Shown here piece by piece: positions 33,800 to 42,356 of a stretch of 42,356 bases of DNA. This DNA is from Gemmatimonadales bacterium (GTDB taxonomy: Bacteria; Gemmatimonadota; Gemmatimonadetes; Gemmatimonadales; GWC2-71-9), in assembly GCA_013812695.1 (NCBI GenBank), contig JACCSZ010000293.1, positions 1 through 42,356 of the forward strand. The letters run 5' to 3'. Positions within the stretch are counted from its first letter, which is position 1. The number at the start of each line of letters is the position of its first letter. Below the pieces are notes generated by a model, which worked only from the letters and a program-made list of their open reading frames with translations, was not told where the DNA came from and ran no database searches. The translations under genes and the position numbers were made by a program.

Positions 33800-35323
33800 G
33801 TGCCCGTGGCCGACCCGGCGGGCGGCGCGCGCTACGGCGTAGTGGTGGCGGCGGTCCGGATCGACAGCGCCTTTGCGGCGCAGCTCAAGCGGCACACCGG
33901 CTCCGAAATCCTGTTCTTCTCGCGCGACACACTCGGAGTACCGGCCGTGGCCGTATCCACAGTGAGTGCCTCGGGTCTCCGGGAGGCGGTGCGGCGGGTG
34001 CCCGTCGAGTCGGTGGCGGGCGACAGCGCTCCGCCGCGATTCCGGTTGAGCGCGGGCGGCCGCACGTACGAAGGGGTGACCGGGTTGCTGCAGACCGCCG
34101 ACGGTGTGCCGATCGGCGGGTATGTGGGACTGCACGATCGCGAGACGGAGCTGGCCGCATGGCGACAGCTCGGCCGAACGATCGGCTGGGCGTTTGCGGG
34201 CGGGCTGCTGCTGGCGCTCGCATCCTCGATCGTGCTCGCGCGGCAGATCACCCGGCCGGTGCGGCGGCTCGTCGAGGCGACTCGCCAGGTGAGCGAGGGA
34301 ACGTACGCCGATGTCCGGGTGACCAGCCGTGACGAGATCGGCGAGCTGGCGGTGGCGTTCCGCCGCATGGTCGAGGAGCTGCGAGAGAAGGACCGCCTGG
34401 TGGCGTACTTCCGGACGAAGCCGGCGATGACGGTGCCCACGACGGCGGCGCCCGGCGACCAGTCGCTCGTGCCGGGCAGCGTGCTGGCCTCCCGGTACGA
34501 GATCGAGGAGTTGCTGGGCCGAGGCGGCATGGGCATCGTGTACCGCGCGATGGATCGGCAGATCGGCGAGCCGGTGGCCATCAAGGTGCTGCGGCCGGAA
34601 CTCGGCACCCTGGACTCGACCGTGCTTGAGCGGTTCAAGCAGGAGCTCCGGCTCGCGCGCCGGATCACCCATCGCAACGTGGTGCGCACCTACGATCTCG
34701 GCGAGGCGCACGGGACTTACTACATCACCATGGAGCTGGTCCGCGGTACCACGCTCGCGGCACTGATTCAGCAGGCGGGCCGGCTCGACGTGTCGGCGGC
34801 GCTCACCATCGGCAAGCAGCTCTGCCGCGCGCTCGAGGTGGCGCACGAGGAGGGGATCGTGCACCGGGACATCAAGCCGCAGAACCTGTTGGTGGACCCC
34901 GCCGGATTCCTCAAGGTGATGGATTTCGGAATCGCGCGGCTGGCGGAGCGGCTGCCGGCACCGGGCGAAGCGCTCACGGCGGTGGGGGTCGTGATCGGGA
35001 CGCCACAGTACATGGCACCCGAGCAGCTCTTCGGCGAGGCGGTGGATCAGCGCACCGACCTGTACTCGGCCGGTGCCGTGCTGTTCGAGTGCGTGACCGG
35101 CCGGCTCGTGTACGACCTGCACAGCCTGGGCGAGCTGGCCACCATGCACCTGCGCCAGGCGCCACCGGACCCGTCCACCTTCAATCCGGCGATTTCGCGC
35201 GAGCTCTCGAGCGTGATCCTCCGGGCGCTGGCCCACCGGCCCGCCGACCGGTGGCAGAGCGCGGCCGAGCTGCTGCACGCGCTCGAGACCTGCGTTACCC
35301 CGAGCGCCGCGAAGGGGGCCTGA
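33800..35323 (+). CDS. sensor-domain remainder + TM + HAMP + Hanks-type Ser/Thr protein kinase
   Basis: TM segment IGWAFAGGLLLALASSIVLA. HAMP region RQITRPVRRLVEATRQVSEGTY...DEIGELAVAFRRMV. Kinase motifs are GRGGMGIVYRA, VAIKVL, HRDIKPQNLL, DFGIA and GTPQYMAPE. The same frame is open back to 33755. The last ~9 codons lie inside the repeat element at 35294-35359. Confidence 0.85.
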   Translation: MPVADPAGGARYGVVVAAVRIDSAFAAQLKRHTGSEILFFSRDTLGVPAVAVSTVSASGLREAVRRVPVESVAGDSAPPRFRLSAGGRTYEGVTGLLQTADGVPIGGYVGLHDRETELAAWRQLGRTIGWAFAGGLLLALASSIVLARQITRPVRRLVEATRQVSEGTYADVRVTSRDEIGELAVAFRRMVEELREKDRLVAYFRTKPAMTVPTTAAPGDQSLVPGSVLASRYEIEELLGRGGMGIVYRAMDRQIGEPVAIKVLRPELGTLDSTVLERFKQELRLARRITHRNVVRTYDLGEAHGTYYITMELVRGTTLAALIQQAGRLDVSAALTIGKQLCRALEVAHEEGIVHRDIKPQNLLVDPAGFLKVMDFGIARLAERLPAPGEALTAVGVVIGTPQYMAPEQLFGEAVDQRTDLYSAGAVLFECVTGRLVYDLHSLGELATMHLRQAPPDPSTFNPAISRELSSVILRALAHRPADRWQSAAELLHALETCVTPSAAKGA

Positions 35324-35359
35324 GCCGAGTCATACCCCGTTCGCGGCGCTCGGGGTGAC
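35294..35359. repeat. second copy of the palindromic repeat family (about 20-24 bp stem)
   Basis: gttaccccgagcgccgcgaa (35294-35313) pairs with ttcgcggcgctcggggtgac (35340-35359), with 16 bp perfect in the centre. The left arm is 19/23 identical to the arm at 16635-16657, with matching changes in the right arm. It overlaps the kinase stop codon region. Confidence 0.7.
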
Positions 35360-35507
35360 TCGCGAAATGCCCCACACCGCCCTCCGTTCCCTTTCCGCAA
35401 GTGCTGGTCGTCCAAGGGCCTGTGCCATGGCTCACCGCTTGCTCTTCCTGCCCTGAACCTTCCTCCGTCGCGCGCAACTTTTGGCCGTCACCAACCTCGA
35501 GCCGTCC

Positions 35508-37025
35508 ATGGACCGCCGTCTCATCGGGACGCTAGGGGTGGCTGCCATTTGTGGCGTGGTCGTGGCGTCTTCGCTCGCGGCTCAGACGCTCACTGCCAGG
35601 GAACGGGCCGCCATCGATGACTGGTACCGGCGCACGTCCGAGCGGACCAGGAGCGGTGAGTGGGGCATTGCCATCGGCACGATGGACGGCCGGATCCTCT
35701 GGAGCATGAGCCCGGAGCTGGCGCTCATTCCGGCGTCGACCGCCAAGGTGTTCACGACCGGCTTCACGCGCGCCCGGGTCGGCGCCGCCTCCCGGCTCAT
35801 CACCCGCGTCGTGGGCGAGGGCACGCTCGACCACGCGTCGGGCCGGTGGCGCGGAAGCTGGGCGCTGGAGCTGGGCGGCGACTGGACTCTCGATCGCACC
35901 GGCCGACACGGCCCGACGCTGCGCGAGCTGGCCCGCCGGCTCCGCGCGCGCGGCGTCCGCCAGCTCGAGGGCCCGCTGGCGCTCACCAGCCGAACGGGTC
36001 CGGCGGCCAGCCACTACCCGACCGTCTGGGCAGCGGACTTTCAGGGCCGTCTCTATGCGCCGCCGGTCGGCCCGGTGGCGCTGCACGAGAACACCATCTC
36101 GCTGACCTACCGACCCGGCCGTGACACCGGCGCACCACCTACCTTGGTGAGCGGGTATCCGGACGGGGTCGACCGGCTCGTCCGCATGGCGGCGACGACC
36201 GTAAGCGGCGGCGGCGGGCGGCTGTGGCTCACGCCGAGCGCGGATGGCGGCTGGACGCTCAACGGCACGATCGGCGTGCGCCGGCGCGCGGTCGGGTTCT
36301 CCGCGGTGGCGCACGATCCGTCGCGGCTGGTGGCCGTGGCATGGGGCGCGGCGCTGGAGCGCGCCGGGATCCGCTGGGTCAAGCCGGGTGGGCCGGTGGT
36401 GGTCGAATCGCGCGGCGCGTCGGTGCTGGCGCAGGTGGAGTCGGCACCGTTCGACAGCGTGGCCACCGAGGTCAACCGACGGAGCCTCAACATCGGGGCG
36501 GAGCTGATGCTGCAGTGGGGCGCCGGGAGCCAGACCGCGGGTCCCGCGCTCGTCACCCAACACGTGCGACAGGTCGTCGGTCCCTCGGCCCGGGTGTCGC
36601 TGGTGGACGGCAGCGGCCTCAGCGACCTCAACCGTATCAGTCCGCTGACGCAGGTGCTCTACCTCGCCCGCTACCCGCAGTTGCCGGGCAACCAGCGGTT
36701 TCCGCTGCTCCTTCCCGCCAACGGCACCGGCACGCTTCGCCGTCTGCGCGGAGGCATGACCCGGGGCGTGGTCCACGCCAAGACCGGCACGCTCGACCAC
36801 GTCGCCACCTTGGCAGGATATCTCGGCCGGCCGGACGGCGTGCTGGTGCTCTCGTTGATGTACAACGGCCGGCGCACCGGCGCGGCGCGTGCCGCCCAGT
36901 GGGAGCTGTTCCGGTTGCTCGGCGCCGAGGGCGCCGAGCTCCGCGGCGCGCTGGAGACGCATATGGGCGGTCTCAGCGTGCCGCGTGACTCAGAGAGCGG
37001 GGAGGCTCCGGCAGGCGGCCGCTAG
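35508..37025 (+). CDS. dacB: D-alanyl-D-alanine carboxypeptidase/endopeptidase, PBP4 family (peptidase S13)
   Basis: ATG 35508. Signal LIGTLGVAAICGVVVASSLAAQ. SxxK motif (PASTAKVFT), SxN-like motif (VDGSGLSDLN) and KTG motif (VHAKTGTL), with the spacing typical of PBP4. Confidence 0.85.
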   Translation: MDRRLIGTLGVAAICGVVVASSLAAQTLTARERAAIDDWYRRTSERTRSGEWGIAIGTMDGRILWSMSPELALIPASTAKVFTTGFTRARVGAASRLITRVVGEGTLDHASGRWRGSWALELGGDWTLDRTGRHGPTLRELARRLRARGVRQLEGPLALTSRTGPAASHYPTVWAADFQGRLYAPPVGPVALHENTISLTYRPGRDTGAPPTLVSGYPDGVDRLVRMAATTVSGGGGRLWLTPSADGGWTLNGTIGVRRRAVGFSAVAHDPSRLVAVAWGAALERAGIRWVKPGGPVVVESRGASVLAQVESAPFDSVATEVNRRSLNIGAELMLQWGAGSQTAGPALVTQHVRQVVGPSARVSLVDGSGLSDLNRISPLTQVLYLARYPQLPGNQRFPLLLPANGTGTLRRLRGGMTRGVVHAKTGTLDHVATLAGYLGRPDGVLVLSLMYNGRRTGAARAAQWELFRLLGAEGAELRGALETHMGGLSVPRDSESGEAPAGGR

Positions 37026-37213
37026 CGCGCAAACGCCTCGAGCAGGCTCGCGAGAACAGCCGCGAGCGAATCCGGTTGGCTGACCGTCCCCTGCGCCAGC
37101 CGTGCCTTCCCACCGCCGCGGCCACCGTGGGGCTCCAGCGCGGCCTTGAGCGTTTGTCCCGCATCCACTCCCGTATCCGCTCCCGCGGCGACGATCACCC
37201 CGGCCGCTGCTGC
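37022..37213 (-). pseudogene. remnant of an alanyl-tRNA synthetase-type DHHA1 C-terminal domain
   Basis: The last ~63 codons of track ORF 37022-37393 read AAAAGVIVAAGADTGVDAGQTLKAALEPHGGRGGGKARLAQGTVSQPDSLAAVLASLLEAFAR. This is the G-G-[KR]-G-G-G-[KR]-x3-A-Q-G signature of the AlaRS/AlaX C-terminus. The upstream part of that ORF is Arg-rich nonsense, and no catalytic domain is present. Confidence 0.4.
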
Positions 37214-37445
37214 ATGTGGTCGAAGCGGCCCGGCCAGTCGACCTGACCTTCGATTCGGTCGGCGGTCTGTCACGCCCGGAGTGTACACCGCGGCTTCCCG
37301 GTTCCGGCACCGGGTCTGCCGCGCGGCCGGCACCGGAAGGCCACGGGTCTCGGATCCCCTTAAATTGCCGAGTCGTTTCCTCGACTCCTTCACCGTGAGG
37401 CGATCAGTGCGGCGTCGCTACCAGGACAGCCCGACCGGCGCGGTC

Positions 37446-39005
37446 ATGGGACGGGTGGGCCTGCCGGAGCCGGTGCGTGCGCTGGCGGCGCGGCCGTGGG
37501 ACGTGATCGTGGTCGGCGCGGGCCACAACGGGCTCGCCTGCGCGGCGTATCTGGCCCGCGGCGGACGGCGGGTGCTGGTGCTCGAGGCGCGTGAGCGGGT
37601 GGGCGGCGCGTGCACGCTCGAGGAGCCCTGGCCCGGCGTGCGGATGTCGCCGTGCGCCTACGTCGCCGGCTTGCTGCATCCGCTGGTGATGCGGGAGCTC
37701 GACCTGGCCGGCCATGGGTTCCGGTGGACGCCCGCCGCGGGCGGGATGTTCATGCCGTTCGAGGACGGGAGCAGCGTCCAGCTCTGGGAGAACGACCAGC
37801 GCTGCGAGGCGGAGATCCGCCGGTTCGCGCCGCGGGACGTCGCGGGCTGGCGGGCCATGAAAGCGGTGAAAGACAGGCTTCGCGATGCGCTCCGGCCCGA
37901 CAGCGACGCGGACATCTGGATCGGGCCGTCGCCGACGCGCGCGGCGATCGAGCAACGGATCGCGGGCGATGCCGACGCACACGGCCTCCTGTTCGAGTGG
38001 TCCATGCTCGAGATGGTCGAGCGCTATCTCACGGACGAGCGGCTGCAGATCGCCTACCTGGGGCAGGGCGTGATCGGTACCAACGCGAGCCCGCACGATC
38101 CGGGAACGGCGTCGGTGCTCTACCACCACGCGTCGGGCCGAATGGAGGGGATGGCCGGCACGTGGGGATACGTCGAGGGCGGAATGGGCATGGTGTCGTT
38201 CCTGCTCTGCGACATCGCGCGCGAGGCGGGGGCGACGGTGGCGGCGGGAGTGCCGGTGGCCCGGATCATCCCAAGCGAGGGAGTGGAGCTGGACTCGGGA
38301 GACCGGATTGGTGCGCCGCGGATTGTGTCGAACGCCGATCCGCGCCGGACCCTGGCGCTGCTCGACGGCGGGGCCGACGCGGCCTGGGCCGATCAGGTGC
38401 GGGCGATCCCCATCGAGGGCGTGACGGTCAAGGTGAACATGACGCTGACCGAGCTTCCCAACTTCACCGCGCGTCCGGGCACGTCCGAGCCGCATCACAC
38501 CGGCCAGGTGAACACGCCGCTCACGAAGCAGGAGTGGCGCGATTACCACCGCATGGCCAACGACGGCCTCCTCCCGCCGCGCACCTGGAACGAGCTTTAC
38601 CTCCAGACCGTGTTCGATCCGAGCGTGGCGCCAGACGGCGTCCACACCCTCAGCGTCTTCGGCCAGTACGTGCCCAACCGGTTCCGCGAAGGCACCTGGG
38701 ACACGCGGCGCGAGGAGGTGGGTCGGACGGTGGTGGGCTCGATCGCCCGGTTCTGCAGCAACCTGCCGGGCGCCATCACCGCGCTCGAGGTGCTCGGTCC
38801 GCCCGATATCGAGCGGCGCGTGGGGCTCACGGGCGGGCACATCTTCCAGGGCGAGATTCTGCCCGACCACATGTGGGACCGCCGGCTGCAGGCGCGAACG
38901 CCGATGCCGGGCGTGTACCTGTGCGGGGCGGGGACGCATCCGGGAGGGAGCGTGATCGGCATCAACGGCCGCAACGCCGCCATGGAAGTCTTGGGTGAGG
39001 GCTGA
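37446..39005 (+). CDS. FAD/NAD(P)-dependent oxidoreductase of the phytoene-desaturase (CrtI-like) family
   Basis: ATG 37446. Rossmann motif DVIVVGAGHNGLACAAYLARGGRRVLVLEARERVGG. The C-terminal FAD motif reads VYLCGAGTHPGGSVIGINGRNAA. The track ORF from 37146 is over-extended. Confidence 0.85.
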   Translation: MGRVGLPEPVRALAARPWDVIVVGAGHNGLACAAYLARGGRRVLVLEARERVGGACTLEEPWPGVRMSPCAYVAGLLHPLVMRELDLAGHGFRWTPAAGGMFMPFEDGSSVQLWENDQRCEAEIRRFAPRDVAGWRAMKAVKDRLRDALRPDSDADIWIGPSPTRAAIEQRIAGDADAHGLLFEWSMLEMVERYLTDERLQIAYLGQGVIGTNASPHDPGTASVLYHHASGRMEGMAGTWGYVEGGMGMVSFLLCDIAREAGATVAAGVPVARIIPSEGVELDSGDRIGAPRIVSNADPRRTLALLDGGADAAWADQVRAIPIEGVTVKVNMTLTELPNFTARPGTSEPHHTGQVNTPLTKQEWRDYHRMANDGLLPPRTWNELYLQTVFDPSVAPDGVHTLSVFGQYVPNRFREGTWDTRREEVGRTVVGSIARFCSNLPGAITALEVLGPPDIERRVGLTGGHIFQGEILPDHMWDRRLQARTPMPGVYLCGAGTHPGGSVIGINGRNAAMEVLGEG

Positions 39006-39066
39006 GGGCGGTCCCGCATCCGCCGCTGCCGGGACGCCTGGCTCCTGCTGTCGAGTCAGCCGACGT

Positions 39067-40074
39067 TCACCCCCACCCCCGCAGCGCCCGCACGAAGTCG
39101 TGCAGCACGAGGAACTTCTCGTAGAGGATCACACCCTTCCGCTTCTGCCCGAACTCCGCGAACAGGTTCCGCAGCCGCCCGCGGCGCGTGACGTAGAACC
39201 GGAAGGTCTCGGCGAAGTCCTCCTGGGGGTGTTTGGCGGCGTAGGTGCTGACGAAATCGCGCGGGGCGATGGCCACGCGGCGGCGCTGGAAGTAGACCCA
39301 GGTGTTGTCCATCCCGCGGTACGCTTTGTCGACCTCGCCGAAGGCGCGGCGGAAGCGTCGGCTCCTGGTCCAGTCCCAGTGGTGGTAGAGGAAGCTGTGG
39401 CCCAGCTCGTGGGTGATGAGGCCCACGAGCATGGTCCACGGGATCTCGTCCTGCCGCCGCTTGCCGACCACGTAGCGCTGCTCGATCTCCACCGCCTTGG
39501 GCCAGCGCGGGTCGACGCCCGAGATGCCGGGCCGGAGCAGGACCCGGTAGCCCCAGTCGCGAATCCGGGAGACCAGCAGCAGCCGGCGCACCCGGGTGAG
39601 CGCGCGCGGGATCAGGTCGCGTCCCGTGGCGTCGCGGCCGCACCAGGGGCAGAAGTTCATCCAGTCGTCGACACCGCGGTTGCAGTGGGGGCACCCCCCC
39701 TCGAACTGGTCGTCCTCGTTCCATTCCTGCGGGTGCCCGTCCCAGGGGCAGAACCGCATGGGATACTGCACGCCGCCGCCGCAGCCCCAGTCGCAGCGCG
39801 CGTCCATCCGGAAGCCGCGCGGCGCCTTGAGCGGCGTCTCGCTCGAGAAACCCTCCTCGAAGATGTCGGCATCGCACCAGGGACAATACGAATACTTGTC
39901 GCTCACTATCCACCCGCAGCGGTAACACTCGGCGCCGGTGACCTGGCCGGCGTCCTTCCATTGCTGTGCGCGGCCGCAGTTGGGGCAGCAGGACCAGAAC
40001 TTCTTGAGCGCGTGGCCGCAGATGCAGCGGTGGTCCGCGTGCGGGACCGAGGCGCGGCGCCTACGGGCGGTCAT
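39067..40074 (-). CDS. multi-zinc-ribbon protein fused to a putative zinc metallopeptidase (HExxH ... EDFAE)
   Basis: ATG 40072-40074 overlaps the upstream gene by 14 nt. Four CxxC-type ribbon units are present: CICGH..CCPNCG, CYRCG..CPWCD, CDWGCGG..CPWDGH and CPHCN..CPWCG. The C-terminal domain has LITHELGHSFLYHHWDW and YAAKHPQEDFAETFRFYV. Confidence 0.8.
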   Translation of the reverse strand: MTARRRRASVPHADHRCICGHALKKFWSCCPNCGRAQQWKDAGQVTGAECYRCGWIVSDKYSYCPWCDADIFEEGFSSETPLKAPRGFRMDARCDWGCGGGVQYPMRFCPWDGHPQEWNEDDQFEGGCPHCNRGVDDWMNFCPWCGRDATGRDLIPRALTRVRRLLLVSRIRDWGYRVLLRPGISGVDPRWPKAVEIEQRYVVGKRRQDEIPWTMLVGLITHELGHSFLYHHWDWTRSRRFRRAFGEVDKAYRGMDNTWVYFQRRRVAIAPRDFVSTYAAKHPQEDFAETFRFYVTRRGRLRNLFAEFGQKRKGVILYEKFLVLHDFVRALRGWG

Positions 40075-41098
40075 AGCGCGCGGCCGCCTCGTCCACCAGC
40101 CGCTGCACGAACGCGTAGTAGTCCATGCCGGCCTTTTCCGCCGCATTCGCCATGTCGTGCCCGTAGCTGATGAAGGGATTGGCGTTGGCCTCGAGGAACC
40201 AGACCTCGCCGTCCGGAGCGAGCCGGATGTCGAGCCGGGCGTAGTCCCGGAGCCAGAGGGCGCGAAACGCGGTGCGGCAGATCGACTCGATCCGCGCCCG
40301 GGTGGCGCGCGCGAGCGGGCGCGCGAGCACGTTCCGGATCCCCTTCCGGGCGCGGTAGTCCTCGTCCCACTTGGCGAAGTGGGTCGCGATGCGCTCCTCG
40401 GGACGGGTGCGGCGTTTGTCGAACACCATCTCGGTGATCGGGAGGATGTCGAGCCGGTCGGCGTTCCCGATCAGGCTGACGTAGAGCTCGCGGCCGTCCA
40501 CGAATTCCTCCGCGATCGCGGGCTGGTCGAACCGGTCGTGGATCATGGTCACCCGATCGGCCAGCGCGGCGGGATCCTGCACCACCGACGCCTGCGCGAT
40601 CCCGGCCGACGCGTCGGTCTGCAGCGGCTTCACGATGAGCGGAAAGGCAACGCCAGGCGGGGGTGCCACGGGCTCGCCCGGACGGAAGGTGGCGAAGCCG
40701 GGCACTCGAATCCCGTGATAGGCCAGGACCTTCTTGCTCATCGCCTTGTTGCGGGAAACCAGCAGGGCCAGGGGCGGCGAGCCCGTGTAGCGGTAGCCTT
40801 CGGCCTCGAGCATGCCGGGAATCATGTACTCGAGACTGGCGTCGCCGTGGAACGCCTCGACGCCGTTGAACACGAGGTCGGGCCGGATCTCGTCCAGGCA
40901 GCGGGTCAGATACTGCAGATCGTCGCGCACCCCGATCAGCATGACCTCGTGCCCGCCGACCCGCAGCGCGTCGGCGACCTGGTACTCCATCTCGGGCTCA
41001 TCGTGCTTCCACGCCGCAACCTCGGTCGCCATCTGGCGCTCGTGGTCCGGGTGATCCCACCCGTCGTAGGGCGTGTCGAACGTCACTACAATGCGCAT
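40061..41098 (-). CDS. ATP-grasp enzyme of the D-alanine--D-alanine ligase-like family
   Basis: ATG 41096-41098. Pre-ATP-grasp region MRIVVTFD...EVMLIGV...PDLVFNGVE, then SRNKAMSKKVLAYHGIRVPGF, FPLIVKPLQTDASAGI, AIAEEFVDGRELYVSLIGN and the C-terminal LDIRLAPDGEVWFLEANANP. Confidence 0.85.
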   Translation of the reverse strand: MRIVVTFDTPYDGWDHPDHERQMATEVAAWKHDEPEMEYQVADALRVGGHEVMLIGVRDDLQYLTRCLDEIRPDLVFNGVEAFHGDASLEYMIPGMLEAEGYRYTGSPPLALLVSRNKAMSKKVLAYHGIRVPGFATFRPGEPVAPPPGVAFPLIVKPLQTDASAGIAQASVVQDPAALADRVTMIHDRFDQPAIAEEFVDGRELYVSLIGNADRLDILPITEMVFDKRRTRPEERIATHFAKWDEDYRARKGIRNVLARPLARATRARIESICRTAFRALWLRDYARLDIRLAPDGEVWFLEANANPFISYGHDMANAAEKAGMDYYAFVQRLVDEAAARYDRP

Positions 41099-41266
41099 CG
41101 CGGGGTGCTCGGCTGGGGCGACCCGAATACTGGCGGAGTCGGGGAATGGCCGGGAGGGGCATCCCAGTGCGTCGCACCCCTGGTGGCCGGGGAGGGCGGG
41201 CTGCATTATGAGGGCTCTCGTCTCGCCGATACGGACGCGCGACCGTCACCCGCGCTGGAGGTTGGC

Positions 41267-41523
41267 ATGGAATTCACCCCCCGGGAAGGCAAGCTCAAGC
41301 CTGAATTCGCCGAGCTCTATCCGCCGCTCGTGTCCGGGATCTGGGAGACGGCCGCCGAGATCGGGGCCAAGGTGCTGCTCTGGCAGGTCCAGCAGCAGGG
41401 CACCGACGCCCTGAGCATGCGGATCCTGGACGAGCGGCACTTCGAGTTCCGGGGCGGCTGGTACCGGGGGACCGAGACGGAGCTGCGGACCAGGGCCAGC
41501 GATCCGGCGTTCAACGGGCCCAG

Positions 41524-41527
<4 letters not shown>
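41267..41527 (+). CDS. small hypothetical protein (86 aa) translationally coupled to MoxR
   Basis: ATG 41267 has GGAGG 6 nt upstream. The product is MEFTPREGKLKPEFAELYPPLVSGIWETAAEIGAKVLLWQVQQQGTDALSMRILDERHFEFRGGWYRG.... Its TGA overlaps a TTG start of the next gene as TTGA. In the track it is buried in ORF 39938-41527. Confidence 0.6.

Positions 41528-42356
<829 letters not shown>

Noticed and set aside
33752-33800. Selenocysteine recoding of the in-frame TGA in the sensor kinase.
   Set aside because: Only a 5-bp mini-hairpin (atcgg/ccgat) follows the codon, not a SECIS-like stem-loop at the expected distance. The position lies in a periplasmic sensor domain where Trp is expected. TGA is used as a normal stop elsewhere in the window.
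37214-37393. N-terminal 60 residues of track ORF 37022-37393 (MKESRKRLGNLRGSETRG...).
   Set aside because: The peptide is Arg-rich nonsense with no similarity to the region that precedes a DHHA1 domain. Only the C-terminal ~63 codons look like genuine, relic coding sequence.
39938-41266. Upstream 443 codons of track ORF 39938-41527.
   Set aside because: This part is antisense to the ATP-grasp gene and rich in Arg/Gly/Pro/His. Only the last 86 codons, from the Shine-Dalgarno-preceded ATG 41267, look coding.

Overview
This is a very GC-rich bacterial chromosomal segment from a diderm organism, judged from the Omp85/TamB pair, a porin and many lipoproteins. The gene content and codon style remind me of Gemmatimonadota/Acidobacteriota-type soil bacteria, but that is inference only. 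I can support about 37 protein-coding genes or gene fragments. I saw no rRNA, tRNA, CRISPR array, transposase, integrase or phage gene. Most long ORFs in the six-frame track are antisense or alternative-frame artefacts of the GC bias (Arg/Pro/Gly/Ala-rich peptides). Several real ORFs are over-extended at the 5' end in the track, which also counts GTG/TTG as starts.

Gene order, left to right:
- Secreted and outer-membrane proteins: an unknown lipoprotein, a DUF2911-TPR protein and a Kelch/galactose-oxidase-like lipoprotein.
- A minus-strand string: tamB, an Omp85 (TamA-like) gene, a stand-alone LigD 3'-phosphoesterase and a lipoprotein.
- A DUF1097 membrane protein, an amidohydrolase, rmuC and an M20 peptidase.
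- A Trp-rich small protein, an 867-aa coiled-coil protein and a Pro-rich glycine-zipper lipoprotein.
- A penicillin-acylase-family Ntn hydrolase with a coupled small membrane ORF, then dps and rpsU.
- A tiny Asp/Thr-rich lipoprotein, then a TetR regulator with palindromic operators next to the last ~40 codons of a deleted RND pump.
- A sigma-70 family factor followed by two unknown genes.
- A porin, a blue-copper cupredoxin and a periplasmic-sensor/HAMP/Ser-Thr kinase that is interrupted by an in-frame TGA.
- PBP4 (dacB), an AlaRS C-terminal remnant and a CrtI-like FAD oxidoreductase.
- An overlapping ATP-grasp (Ddl-like) plus multi-zinc-ribbon HExxH peptidase pair.
- A small ORF coupled to a MoxR AAA+ ATPase, which is partial at the window end.

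The most interesting signals:
- A palindromic repeat family (16632-16703 and 35294-35359) whose two arms differ by compensatory changes.
- The ATP-grasp/zinc-ribbon-peptidase operon.
- The cupredoxin-coupled sensor kinase with its internal opal codon.
- The sigma factor followed by a membrane protein that carries a histidine-less DHp-like helix.
- Two gene remnants (RND and AlaRS) that mark past deletions.

I did not recognise any canonical defence or mobile system.
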